Source: the human T2T-CHM13v2.0 reference genome, Homo sapiens
Assembly: GCF_009914755.1 (NCBI RefSeq)
Contig: NC_060926.1
Reading direction: 5' to 3' (one strand)
Length of the DNA stretch: 64,000 nucleotides
Both the position numbers and the translations under genes were made by a program. This document shows positions 27,651 through 39,600 of this stretch, piece after piece (the stretch's first letter is position 1; every line of letters begins with the position of its first letter). Under the pieces are notes generated by a model. It was given only the letters and a program-made list of their open reading frames with translations, was not told the DNA's origin and did not search any database.

Positions 27651-28344
27651 AGATACTACCTCACACACATTAGGTTAGCTACTATAAAGATAAAAAGAAA
27701 GTAACGACTGTTGACAAGAACATGGAGAAATGGTAATACGCATGCACTGTTGGTGGGAATGTAAAATGCTGCAGCCTCTACAGAAAACAGCATAGAGGTT
27801 CCTCAAAAAGTTAAAAATAGAATCCAGCAATTCCACTTCTGGAGACATATCCAAAAGAATTGAAATAAGGATTTTGAATAGGTGTTTGTACACCCATGTT
27901 CATTACAGCATCACTTATAATAGCCAAAAAATGTCCACTGACTCACGAATGAAAAAACAAAATGTGATATATACATAGAATAGTCATTCAGCCTTAAAAA
28001 GGAAGAACATTCTGATGCATGCTACAACACGGATGAAACTTGAGGGTATTACTATGTGAAATAATCCAGTCCCGAAAGACAGATATGATAGGATTCCACT
28101 TACATGAGGTACCTAGAGATAAAAAATAGAATAATGGTTTCCAGGCACCGGGGGAAGGGAGAAACGGAGAGCTGTTGTTTCATGGGTGCAGAGTTTCAAT
28201 TTTGAAAAATTAAAAAAGATTCTGGAGACTGGTTACACAACAACCTGAACACACTTACCATTACTGAACTGTACACTTGACAATGGTTAAGATGATAAAT
28301 TTTACGTTTTGTGTATTTTACCTCAATTAAAAATAAAAAAAAAA
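27651..28344 (+). mobile_element. L1MB 3' end (end of ORF2, 3'UTR, A tail)
   Basis: 'cactgttggtgggaatgtaaaatg', 'ccagcaattccacttctgg', 'actgaactgtacacttgacaatggttaagatgataaatttta', poly(A). Confidence 0.9.
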
Positions 28345-29415
28345 ATATTTCCAGGGGTATAATGCTGGGAGACACTCTCTGGCCTCATGGAGTTCCCTGT
28401 CCAGTTGGATGGACACAAAGGCAAGAAGACACAGGGAGCGTGACAGCAGCTATGAGAGGTGTTGGAGCCTGCGGCTGGGGTGGGCGCGGTGCCGGAAGGC
28501 TTCCTGAAGGGAAGGGCTTCTCCACCAGATCCTAAAAACCAAGTAAGAGATAGTCAAATAAAGGAGACAAAAATATGTTAGGACGTCAAAACCATATGTG
28601 CAAATTCATGGTGCTATTCGGAAACTGCACATGTTTCTGCTGGGCTGGCACATTGGGTGGGAGTTGAGGGGTGTAAAACGTGGGGTTTGTCTTGATTTAT
28701 CCAGCATCTGCTGTGCCCAACCTCAGGAGAAAAAAAAACTTGTGGACATAAGGTGACCGCTTTCAGCAGATAAAGCAGAAGTGTGGCTGTGCCCTAAAGT
28801 TTCCTCCCTGGGGAAACTTAACCATCAGAAACGTTGTCCTGAAAGGCACCAGAGTGAACTGTTTCCACTCCACAGAGGTCTACATTTGTTTGTTTCAAGC
28901 AAATACAACCTAGTCCACCACCACCCCCAAACTATCTGTTATTATCAGTCTTTCATTGACTGGTCAAATAACCACTTATTCAATTAACCAAGCAGTCTGA
29001 CTACTCCATTTCAGGACTTTAATGAACACATGGGAGGGAAAAACTACAGGCATTTGGGGTTTCTTGAAACTGCTCCAACTTCAGGGTTTGATGTAAATAA
29101 TCTTTGCAACTTCTGGATCCATCTCTATGCGTTTACTTTAAATATAGATGTGTTTTTTAAAAAATGCAGCACTTTGGACTTAAAGCTGAAGCTATACAAT
29201 AGGTAGAGTTTTTTATAAATGGACTATAGACAATAATTGCAAAAAATGCATAGAAAAGACGAAGAGCCAACTTGAGAGACTTCCTACTTACACTTTTCCA
29301 ACCATTTTCTTCAGGCCAGGAAGACAGCCTCATTTCTTGGTTTTCTAATCCACATTATAACCACAGAAAATGAGGGCCTGCTAGATCCAGAGCACCCTAT
29401 TAAAGGCTGTGGAGC

Positions 29416-29429
29416 AGGAGAAGGAAGGA

Positions 29430-29466
<37 letters not shown>

Positions 29467-29592
29467 AGGTGAGGGAGACAGAGATGGAGGAGTGAGAAGT
29501 AGAGAGAGAAAGAAAGAGTGAGGAGAGAGAGAGAAGGGGGAAGACAGAAAGATAAAGGAGACAGAAAGAAATAAGGAGAGAGAGAGAGAGAG
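29416..29592. repeat. (GA)n and polypurine low-complexity tract
   Basis: Pure (GA)16 at ~29433-29465 within a purine-rich block. Confidence 0.9.
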
Positions 29593-30092
29593 ACTATTGG
29601 ATTCTAGTAGGAAATAAATAGATACACAATACCTGTCTTTAAAAGTTTATTATAATAAATCCCATCTGCATTAGAGATCTAAATGTCTGAGTAGAGAAAA
29701 AGTAAGATAAATTCTCAGCATCAGGGGTGGAAGGTGGAAGGATGAGCTATTAAGGGAAGGAGGTGTGGGAGTGGGAGAGGAGCCTTTCCCGGGTGCCTCT
29801 GTCCCGCAGGCCTCTCATGCACATGGCAGAGGCTGGCCCACACTTTTGAGATGGCTGATAACATACAGGATAGCAGGGGATGAACAGGTAGATAAATGAA
29901 GAAACAGGTGAGTGATTCTGAGAGCCAGACACTAGCAGCATGTGAGAATATATTTGGAAATGATTTGAATTCATACCTCCTTTATGTCCTGGTCGCCAAA
30001 GTTTCAAGGAGAGGGAAGAAAATATTGAGCTCCTACGACAATGGCAACATTTTTCTTAGGCCCTTTCTATCACTTATTCTTCACTCTCACTC

Positions 30093-30622
30093 TGTGATGA
30101 TCAACTTTAGGTGTGCATTTTACTGGGCTAAGGGATGCCAGATAGCTGGTGGGGCATTATTTCTGGGTGTGTCTGTGAGTGCATTTCCAGGAGTGACTGG
30201 CATTGGAATCAGTGGACGGGGCAAGATCTGCAGGCACCCTATGTGGGTGGGCCTCGGATTGGCTGAGGCCTGGATAGATCGAAACAGCAGAAGAAAGGCT
30301 AATTCTTTCTCTCTCTCTTCTGGAGCTGGAACAGACTTTTTCCTCCTGCTATTGGGCATCAGAAGCCCAAGTTCTCTGGCCTTTGGACTCCAAGACCTGC
30401 AACAGTGCCATGGTTTCCCTCCTGGCCCCAGTGGATTTCAGTGCTGACTGAAAGTTACACCATCAGCTTCCTTGATTCTGAGGCCTTTGGGCATGGACTG
30501 AGTCACCCTGCCAGCTACCCCGGTTCTCCATAATCATGTTAGACAGTTCCCGTAAGTCCCTTCTTGTTATCTCTCTATGTATCCTATTGGCTCTGTGTCT
30601 CTGGAGAATCCTCACTAATACA
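30093..30622 (+). mobile_element. MLT2 (MLT2C/D-like) solo LTR, ERVL
   Basis: Starts 'tgtgatg...actgggctaagggatgccagatagctgg...tttctgggtgtgtctgtgag'; ends 'cctattggctctgtgtctctggagaatcctcactaataca'. Confidence 0.88.
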
Positions 30623-30639
30623 TATCCTTTGAGTTGGAT

Positions 30640-30750
30640 AGAATTCTCTCCATTTACAGATGAGAAAACTGTGCCTCAGGGAGGCTTAATGCTCAAATTC
30701 ATTCGGCTATTAAATGGAGAGCCCCAGTTGGAATCCAGGCCCACCGGACA
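30640..30750 (-). mobile_element. MIR fragment
   Basis: 'ccatttacagatgagaaaactgtgcctcagggagg'. Confidence 0.7.
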
Positions 30751-30910
30751 TGTACTGTCTACCTGCCTTGGGTGCTGTTCCCAAGGGGCATGAGTGTTCA
30801 TGGGTGGCAATGGAATCCCTAGTCCAGTTCAGTGGCGCTTACCTTTTGAAAGTTTAGAGACCTCAGGAACCTCATGCTGATTGGAAATGTGCTTTTTCCT
30901 GCCTGACCTT

Positions 30911-31311
30911 TGATACGGTTTCACTGTGTCCCTACCCAAATCGCATGTTGAATGGTGATCCTGAGTGTTGGAGGTGAGACCTGGTGGGAGGTGATTGGAT
31001 CATGGGGGTGGTTTCTAATGGTTTAGCACCATCCCCGTAGTGCTGCCTCATGATAGAGTTCTCAGGATAACTGATTGTTTAAAAGTGTGTAACACCCCCT
31101 CACCACTACCACCCCTCTCTTTCTCCTGCTCTGACAATGTGAGACCTGTTTGCTTCCCCTTCACCTTCTTTCATAATTGTAACTTTCTTGAGGCCTCCCA
31201 GCCATGCTTCCTGTACAGCCTGTGGAACTGTGAGTCAATTAAACCTCTTTTCTTCATTAATTACCCAGTCTTAGGTAGTTATCTGTAGCAATGAGAGAAT
31301 GGACAAATACA
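30911..31311 (+). mobile_element. MSTA-like solo LTR
   Basis: 'tgatacggtttc...ggtttagcaccatcccc...ccatgcttcctgtacagcctgtggaactgtgagtcaattaaacc...aaataca'. Confidence 0.9.
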
Positions 31312-31925
31312 CCCCTGAAGTCTACAGTTCTCCCAAGCCAAGGCTGGTTTGGAAGCTGCCAGCCTGGTGATGGTGGGGGTGGGAAGATGGGGGAGGTTGT
31401 GATAGCAACCTTAGGTTTGCCTTCATTTTTATATCAACCAATTAGGAAAGTCAATGGAGTATGGAATAAGAGATGACTGCTATTGTTCTGCCACCTCACA
31501 GGGTCATGGGAGCCAGTGAGGACCTGGGGGCATACACGCAGAAGGCTCTGCATCCTACAGACTTCCAGTTCTGACTCTTTCCCAAGCAGCCCTTCTGTCA
31601 GGCAGTAAACACTGACACAGCCACTGGTTGCCACCACAGAGCCTCCCAGTGACCCCCCTCCTGACCATCATCCATTCCTTATGTTGTTTAAAAACATGGA
31701 CCCAGCATTCCATATGATGCCTCTATAGGGTGGATGATTGGCTATGGAATCAATACCATAATTGGCTTAAAACCTTGCCCCTGGCTTCAGCTTATCTCTT
31801 ACCCCAATATAGCTACTTGGTGAAATAGATGTGCAGGGAGCTTCTTCTCTTTAATCATAGACAATATTGGTACACGATTAGTATCAAATATTTAACTAGG
31901 ACAGTGGCTCACATGCTTGAGTATG

Positions 31926-34216
31926 TGTATTAGTCTGTTTTCACGCTGCTGATAAAGACATACCTGAGACTGGGGAGAAAAAGAGGTTTAATTGGACTTA
32001 CAGTTCCACATGGCTAGGGAGGCCTCAGAGTCATGGCGGCAGGTGGAAGGCACTTCTTACATGGCAGCAGCAAGAGAATGAGGAAGAAGCACAAGTGGAA
32101 CCCCCAATAAACCCGTAAGATCTCATGAGACTTATTCACTATCATGAGAATAGCACAGGAAAGACCATTCCCCATGATTCAATTACCTCCACCTGAGTCC
32201 CTTCCACAACATGTGGGAATTCTGGGGGATACAATTCAAGTTGAGATTTGGATAGGGACACAGCCAAAACATATCATTCTACCCCTGGCCCCTCCAAATC
32301 ACATGTCCTCACATTTCAAAACCAGTCATGCCTTCCCAACAGTCCGCTAAATCCTTAACTCATTTCAGCATTAACCCAAAATCCACAGTTCAAAGTCTCA
32401 TCTGAAACATTGCAAGTCCCTTCTGCCTATGAGCCTGTAAAACCAAAAGCAAGCTAGTTACTTCCTAAATACAAGGGAGGTACAGGTATTGGGTAAATAC
32501 AGGTATTCCAAATGGGAGAAATTGTCCAAAACAAAGGGATTACAGGGCCCGTGCAAGTCCGAAATCCAGCAGGGCAGTCAAATTTTAAAGCTCCAAAATG
32601 ATCTCCTTTGACTCCAGGTCTCTCACATCCAGGTCATGCTGATGCAAGAGATGAGTTCCCATGGTCTTGGGCAGCTCTGGCCCTGTGGTTCTGTAGAGTA
32701 CAGCCTCCTTCCTGGCTGCTTTCACAGGCTGCCATTGAGTGTCTGTGGCTTTTCCAGGTGCATGATGCAAGCTTTCAGTGGATCTACCATTCTGAGGTCT
32801 GGAGGACAGTAGCCCTCTTCTCACAGCTCCACTAGGCAGTGCCCCAGTAGGGGATCTGTGTGGGGGCTCGGGCCTCATGTTTCCCTTCCACACTGCCCTA
32901 GCAGAGTTCTACATGAGGGCACCACCTCTTCAGCAAATTTCTGCCTGGGCATCCAGGCGTTTCTATATATCTTCTGAAATCTAGGCAGAGGTTCCCAAAC
33001 CTCCATTTTTGACTTCTGTGTACCCACAGGCTCAACACCATGTGGAAGCTGCCAAGGCTTAGGGCTTCCACCCTCTGAAGCCACAGCCTGAGCTCCACTT
33101 TGGCACATTTCAGCCAAAGTTGGAGCAGCTGAGACACAGGGCACCAAGTCCCCAGGCTGCACACATCATGGGGACCCTGGACCTGGCCCATGAAGCCACT
33201 TTTTCTTCCTAGGCCTCTGGGCCTGTGATGAGAGGGACTGCAGTGGAGGGGCTGCAGTGAAGGTCCTGACATGGCCTGGAGACTTTTCCCCATGGTCTTT
33301 GGGATTAACATTAGGCTCCTTGCTACTTATGTGAAGTTGTGTAACTGGCTTGAATTTCTCCCCAGAAAATTGGTTTTTCTTTTCTATCACATAGTCAGGC
33401 TGCAAATTTTCCAAACTTTTATGCTCTGCTTCCCTTATAAAATGGAATGCCTTTAAAAGAACCCAAGTCACCTCTTGGATGCTTTGCTGCTTAGAAATTT
33501 CTTCCACCAGATACCTTAATCATCTCTCTCAACTTCAAAGTTCCACAAATCTCTAGGGCAGGGGCCAAATGCTGCCAGTCTCTTTGCTAAAACATAATAA
33601 GAGTCACCTTTGCTCCAGTTCCCAACAAGTTCCTCGTCTCCATCTGAGACCAACTCAGCCTGAATTTTATTGTCCATATCTCTTTCAGCATTTTGGGCAA
33701 AGCCATTCAACAAGTCTCTAGGAATTCCAAACTTTCCCACATTTTCCTGTCTTCTTCTGAGCCCTCCAAACTCTTCCATCCTCTGTCGGTTACCCAGTTC
33801 CAAAGTCGCTTCCACATTTTTGGGTATCTTTTCAGCAACACCCCACTCTACTGGTACCAATTTACTGTGTTAGTTCATTTTCATGCTGTTGATACGGACA
33901 TACCCGAGACTGGGAAGAAAAAGAGGTTTAATTGGACTTACAGTTCCACAAGACTGGAAAGGCCTCAGAATCACAGTGGGAGGTGAAAGGCTCTGCTTAC
34001 ATGGTGGCAGCAAGAAAGAATGAGGAAGAAGCAAAAGCAGTGACCCCTGATAAACCCATCAGATCTCATGAGACTTATTCACTATCAGAATAGCATGGGA
34101 AAGACTGACCCCCATGATTCAATTACCTCCCCCCGGGTTCCTCCCACAACACGTGGGAATTCTGGGAGATACAATTCAAGTTGAGATTTGAATGGGGACA
34201 CAGCCAAACCATATCA
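31926..34216 (-). mobile_element. Complete THE1C-type MaLR retrotransposon (LTR 31926-32276, internal 32277-33865, LTR 33866-34216)
   Basis: Two ~351-bp direct LTRs, ~1.6-kb THE1 internal region, perfect 5-bp TSD GTATG (31921-31925 and 34217-34221). Confidence 0.96.
33166..33860 (-). pseudogene. Disrupted MaLR internal ORF remnant
   Basis: Peptides 'KIPKNVEATLELGN...DGDEELVGNWSKG' and 'EEISKQQSIQEVTWVLLKAF' are typical of THE1/MST-int; broken by a stop and a frameshift. Confidence 0.7.
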
Positions 34217-34747
34217 GTATGCATCAGAATCATTTAGAGATTTTGTTAAATATATATATTTTTTAAACTCCTAGTGGGTTACAGTTTATCTTGCCAAATA
34301 TTATATTGCTAGGCCCGGCTCCAGAGTTTCTGTGTCAGTAGATCTAGTGTAGGGCCCCAGAGTCTGTATTTCTGAAAGGTTCCCTCGTGATGCTTATGCT
34401 GCTGATCCAGGGACCACACTTTGAAAAGCACTGTGTCAGGCACTGAGCACTGCAAGAATTCTAGGACCTCTGCAGGCTCCATGTCTGTTGGTATTTTTCT
34501 GGGAAGTACCAAAGTCCAGCTGTCATAGAGCAGGACATGGGCAGCAGACAATCATCCTGTCAGTTTGTTATCACACCCCAATTTTTCAAGCATTGGGAAA
34601 TCAGACTGCAGCGTATTTGGCGTTTTGAAGTCAGTTATGGCTGAATCATCTAAATGCCTTTTGATAATTGCTAATTGACAGAAATAGAGTCAGAAAGTCA
34701 CACCTTTTCCACTATCAGAAGACAAAAAGCAAACATGGACATAGCCT

Positions 34748-34929
34748 ATCTTTATTGATATATATTTATATCTATCTATATGCCATTATACATATACTCA
34801 CATTATATACATGATATATATTTTTATTTATCATGAAATAAAAATCTTTATTGATGTATATTTATATCTATATTGATATATGTTTATATCTATCTATATG
34901 CCGTTATATATATACTCACATTGCATACA
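34748..34929. repeat. AT-rich local direct duplication
   Basis: 'atctttattgat...atctatctatatgcc.ttata.atatactcacatt' occurs at 34748 and 34844. Confidence 0.85.
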
Positions 34930-35887
34930 AGAAATGTAAGTATGTGTTTGTAAACACACACACTTATGAATGAGAGAGAGAAAATGCTCCATAGCAGCTG
35001 AGGATAAAACAGAAAGAGTCACACCAAGGCAGCCTCACAATTCAGGAACAGAGAAACAGTAACCCGGTGGAGGGGCAGGTGGCGGAACAGGTGCAAGGGT
35101 ACCAGAGTTAAAGTCTGAGCCTGCAAGGTGTCCCAGGTGCACAGAGATAGAGACAGAAGGATCAAGCTCAGGACAATGTGGTTAAGTTATGGCAGAGAGT
35201 GGCTGGCTGAGGCAGTATTTAATGGCCAAGACGCTCACCTTCACAATTTATTGGTGAAAAATCTCATGAGAAAAGTGACTTAGCACTGCTTTGTTCATTC
35301 TAGGTGTCTGGAATTGTTTGTTTTTAAGGGGTTAGGAGCTATTTGTGACATTTCTTTGGATCTTGTTTGCATGATTATTTAAAAGTTCAGTAACTATTTC
35401 CAGGGACTTCTCATGCAGTCAGTCAAGAACTATTTACTGAGTATATACTGTGCTATAGTCATTACGTATCCAATGGAATAAAAAAAGCCAGGTGTCTCCC
35501 ATCATGGGGTCTATTGTCTAATCAGTGAGACTCAGTGACACAGACATTGACCAAGGAATCTCCCAAATAGAGGATAGGAAAGTCCTGCTGTGGAGAATGG
35601 CTCTCGGTAAGTCTGAAGCAGAGTGTAGTACGGGAATGAAACCCACCTGGGCAGCTGGAGAGAATGCCCGTGGGATGCGCCCCCTCCGTACACTGAAGCT
35701 TCGAGACAGTGAATAGAGCTTCACTAAAGAGAAGCAGTCTTTAGTTTCACATTTCGGCAGTATTATCTCATGTCATTCTCCCAGTGGCCCTGCCAGGTTG
35801 ATGATGTCATCTCCAGTTTGGAGGAGGAGGTCGAAGCTAAGCAAGGGCTGTGAGCTCCACCCACGCCAAGAGTTTCCAGTTCCGCAG

Positions 35888-35985
35888 GTCAGGGGCGGGC
35901 AGATGATTTGTCTTTCTTGATGAGTTTCCAGGTAAGGTGGCTGCTGCTGATCTCAGGACCACACTTGAAGAAACAACCTCTGAGC
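35888..35985. mobile_element. MER5-type half element
   Basis: 'tttccaggtaaggtggctgctgctgatctcaggaccacacttgaagaaac'. Confidence 0.5.
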
Positions 35986-38177
35986 TAGAGCCTCAGGAGC
36001 AGCCCATTAAGAACATGACTCTCATTTTGAAACCTGTCATATAAGAAAACACATGGAGTACTTGGAGCCTGTCAGGTGATGGCCAGTCTTTGCCAGATCT
36101 CTTGCTCTTGTGCATGACTCTCTCATCCTTGATGAGCAATTCCATCCTGGCATCAAATTTCATACATTCTTTCATATCCAGTTCACATGACATCTTCTGC
36201 TGGAAGCTTTCACACCCCTTCTTCCCCCAATTTTAGCTACACTAAACTCACATGTCAAATTGTTGGTATCAGTTTTGGTTTTCACCATGGCCTTCCACTA
36301 TAGTTATCAGTTTGCAGAGATTATGCCGAATTCATTTTTGTATTCTTGCATCATGACTTTTTATAATGTCTTGCATAAACAAAGCCTTCAATATACATGG
36401 ATTGAATGAAAATGTTAAGTATTTAAAGTCATTCACCTGTGTATTTTCACATTTTATACACTAATAAGCTCATGAAGCAATCTGAGCAGGAATATTTTCC
36501 CCTAAGTTTTAGAAAAGGAAAAAGAGGATTACAGGCACAAGTAATGTAAATGACATACCCAAGTACCATAACTGTGCAATCATGGGTCCCTGCAAAAAAA
36601 CAACTGGCACATTCAAATTTGATATGGAGGAGGGTTTAAAAACACATTGTTTACAATGACATGTAGTGTTTAGGGAAAAACAACAAAGATGAAGCAAGAC
36701 CAGGAGTGAGAAGCTGTCATCACCCTGCAGCAGAGACCAAGAGGGGGCATCATGTGGAAAGAGTGCCCTGACTCTAGAAGAAAGTTAGCACCTGTGGTCA
36801 TCTGCATCAGGAAAGCTGAACATACAACCCCACCCCTACCCTTGATCTCTTGCTGAAGGCAAAGGCAAAGGAGTCCATGCACATGGGCCTCTGGCGTGCC
36901 GCAGAATGAAGGGGCAACAGGACACCCAGACATTGATTTTGGCCTCCAATTTCTGTGCATTCTCCTCAACCCTGCTGCTTCAACAATCTCATAAATCTTC
37001 CTGTTAAAAATGTCTACCGTGTGGAATGGAGATGGTTTATTGATAAAGGCAAGACAGTTTAGTTAAATTTTAGATGGAATTGCTTTAGGAAAAGGCTCAT
37101 TTTAGAATTCACACTTTCAAACAAACTTTCTGCTTTATGGATGTTAGTTTCTTAAAAAAAAAAAAAAGTCAACAAACCATAACACTGAAAACGTTGTTTC
37201 ATGCTAGCTTATTACAAACTGCCTCGCTGAGCAGATTGTACATTTATACTCGATGGTAGGACTTAACATGCACTGGGATAATGATAGAAAAATGAAATGA
37301 ATTTCAACAAATAATCAAGGATGCAGCTTCAAAAGACTGGTGAAATTCTTGCTATGATAATCTTTTTTTTTTTAAGTCATGTATATTTTATGAGTCTGAA
37401 ACAACTGATTCCAATAAGTCTTTGGGCTATGGAAGCAGAAAAGGAACACGATGTAATGTAGCATAGCATAATATATGAAGCAATCATTCAAACATAGCTT
37501 GCAGTACGTACGTCAATAAACTTCTACTGTATTGAAGCCAGTGAAGTATAGGAGATATTCAAGCAGAAGATGTTTATTCAATGCATTGTAAAAAACCCAT
37601 TTTTCTTTGGCTTGCCAAATGTGCCTGAGAGTTATTACTAATTTATCATGGGAAAAAAACTGCCTCTGTGATAAAGGCAGAGAAAACTGGATAATTTCTC
37701 TTCTTGCTCTTTTGAACTTTAATAAGATGCCATGGAATTGAGACTATAATGATCATGGTTTATTGGGTGGGATCTTGCCTTGACTCAGTGGAGGTCAAGC
37801 TAGTGTCGAGAACACTGGCCTGGGTGTCAGAAGACTTGGGTTCCTCTCTCAGCTCTTGCAGGAGCTAGCTATGCCACCAAGAGCCTCTGGGGGCAAATTG
37901 AGAGAATCAGATACAGCGATGGAGTTTGTGATTCTCAGGTATGCTGGCAAATCTCTACTGTATTCTGTAGGATCTCCTCTGGGTCAGCAGCTTTCTCATT
38001 TCCTAGTGGGGAGTGGTCACTCATCACAAAATTTGACTGGCAGTGACTCCTTTCCGCCTGCCTCTGAACAGCTCAGACAGCAAAGGATGCCATAGAGAAC
38101 AGTGACTTGCGAAGCCCCAAATGATAGGTCTAGAGGAGTTTTCAGGTATAAATTGGAGAATCTAGTGGAATAGTTGT

Positions 38178-38730
38178 TGTATTCAATTTCCACTGCTACA
38201 TAAAAAATTATCACAAACTTAGCAATTCGCATTTATTATCTCATGATTTCTGTGGGACAGGAAGCCAGGCGTAGCTTAGCCAGGTTCTCTGCTCAGAGTC
38301 TCACAAGACTGTGCTCAAAATATCAGCCAAAATGCTTTTTCTTTAGAGGATTCATGGGAAAAGGTCTGCTGTCAAACTCCTGCAGGTTGTGGGCAGAATT
38401 CGTTTCCACATGGCTGCAGAACTCATGGTTGCTTACTCCAGGCCAGCAGGGGAGCATCTCTCTTGAGGGAGGGGCCATTCCCTTTGTCAAAAGCTTTCAC
38501 TGATTGTGTCCTGCCCGCCCAGCATAATCTCCCTTTTGATTAAGGTCTTACCTGATTTGGGCCCTTAATTACATTTGCAAAATCTCATCACCTTTGCCTT
38601 ATGACAGAACTTAAACATGGAGTGGCACCCTTTTTAATCAGAACTCCCTCCACACCCAAGGACAGGAGAGTATTCGGGGTGTAGACACAAAAGGCATGGT
38701 GTTGGGGGACATCTTAAAATTTCTATCCAA
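38178..38730 (-). mobile_element. MLT1E/F-like solo LTR
   Basis: 'atttattatctcatgatttctgtgggacaggaa...gttgtgggcagaattc...cccagcataatctcccttttgattaa...ccttaattacatttgcaaaatc'. Confidence 0.8.
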
Positions 38731-39600
38731 ATCCGAAATAAAAGGATACTTTATATATTCCATTCATCATTCAAGGCCAAAAGCTCTAATTCTACTTCCT
38801 TGAGAAAGCAGTCGTAACTGATGCTCCCACCTTCTGAACTCTCCTGACATGGCTGGACCAGCCCTTTGGTCACCACTATATTCTGTGTTGTGTTGATAGT
38901 TTATCATTTCTCTGGTTTCTCTAAAATTGTCTGCAAATTATGTAAGAACAGAGATCAGGATGCTTAAATCTAAATTGTACTTAGATTGAGCTTGCCAACT
39001 TATAGATGTAGTAGATAGTAATTAATGACTGATTGCTAGTATTATAAAAGTACTTGATATGTATACAGTTCTACAAAGTTTATAAATCACTTTCAAATGC
39101 TTTATTTCATCTGATAACTCAGAAAGGTGAATACAGCAGAAAGTACTTACTAAAACATACTTTAGTAGCATAAAAAAGACACGCTTCAAATTAGCCATGT
39201 TGTAAAATGTGTAACATATAAGCAAAAAATGAAGAAAATATTTTTTGCCTAAATTATACCTGTCTTTGCTTAGATTTTTTATAATTACTAGAATACTTCT
39301 AGGATAGCAAAATCCCACTTTTTGTTTACTTTTTAAAACCCTCTGTTTTATTAATGTTCCACAAAAATAGGCACATTTGTATTTAAGAAAACAACTTTGG
39401 GGAGGGATAGTCAAATGCACTGATGAATCAATCAGCATAAACTAGACCATTCTCATTTGCGAATGTGTTTCCTCAATTTTGTCAGTTCCAGACCAGAATA
39501 TTTTTTTTCAGGATCATTTTACTTTTATTTAAATTATTTGTGGCCACATCAGAATTTGCTGACTACAGATTCTGCTATTGTAAGTTTTCTTTAGGGATCA

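Larger units (their letters stand above)
31902..34433. mobile_element. MER5A (hAT-Charlie MITE) split by the THE1 insertion: parts 31902-31925 and 34217-34433
   Basis: 'cagtggctcacatgcttgagtatg' joins 'catcagaatca...ccagagtttctg...gggaccacactttgaaaagcactg'; terminal CAGTG/CACTG. Confidence 0.8.

Noticed and set aside
29896-30447. 183-aa ORF
   Set aside because: Mostly read-through of the MLT2 LTR.
32585-33860. THE1 internal ORFs as a domesticated gene
   Set aside because: Fragmented across frames by stops and frameshifts, as expected for neutral decay.
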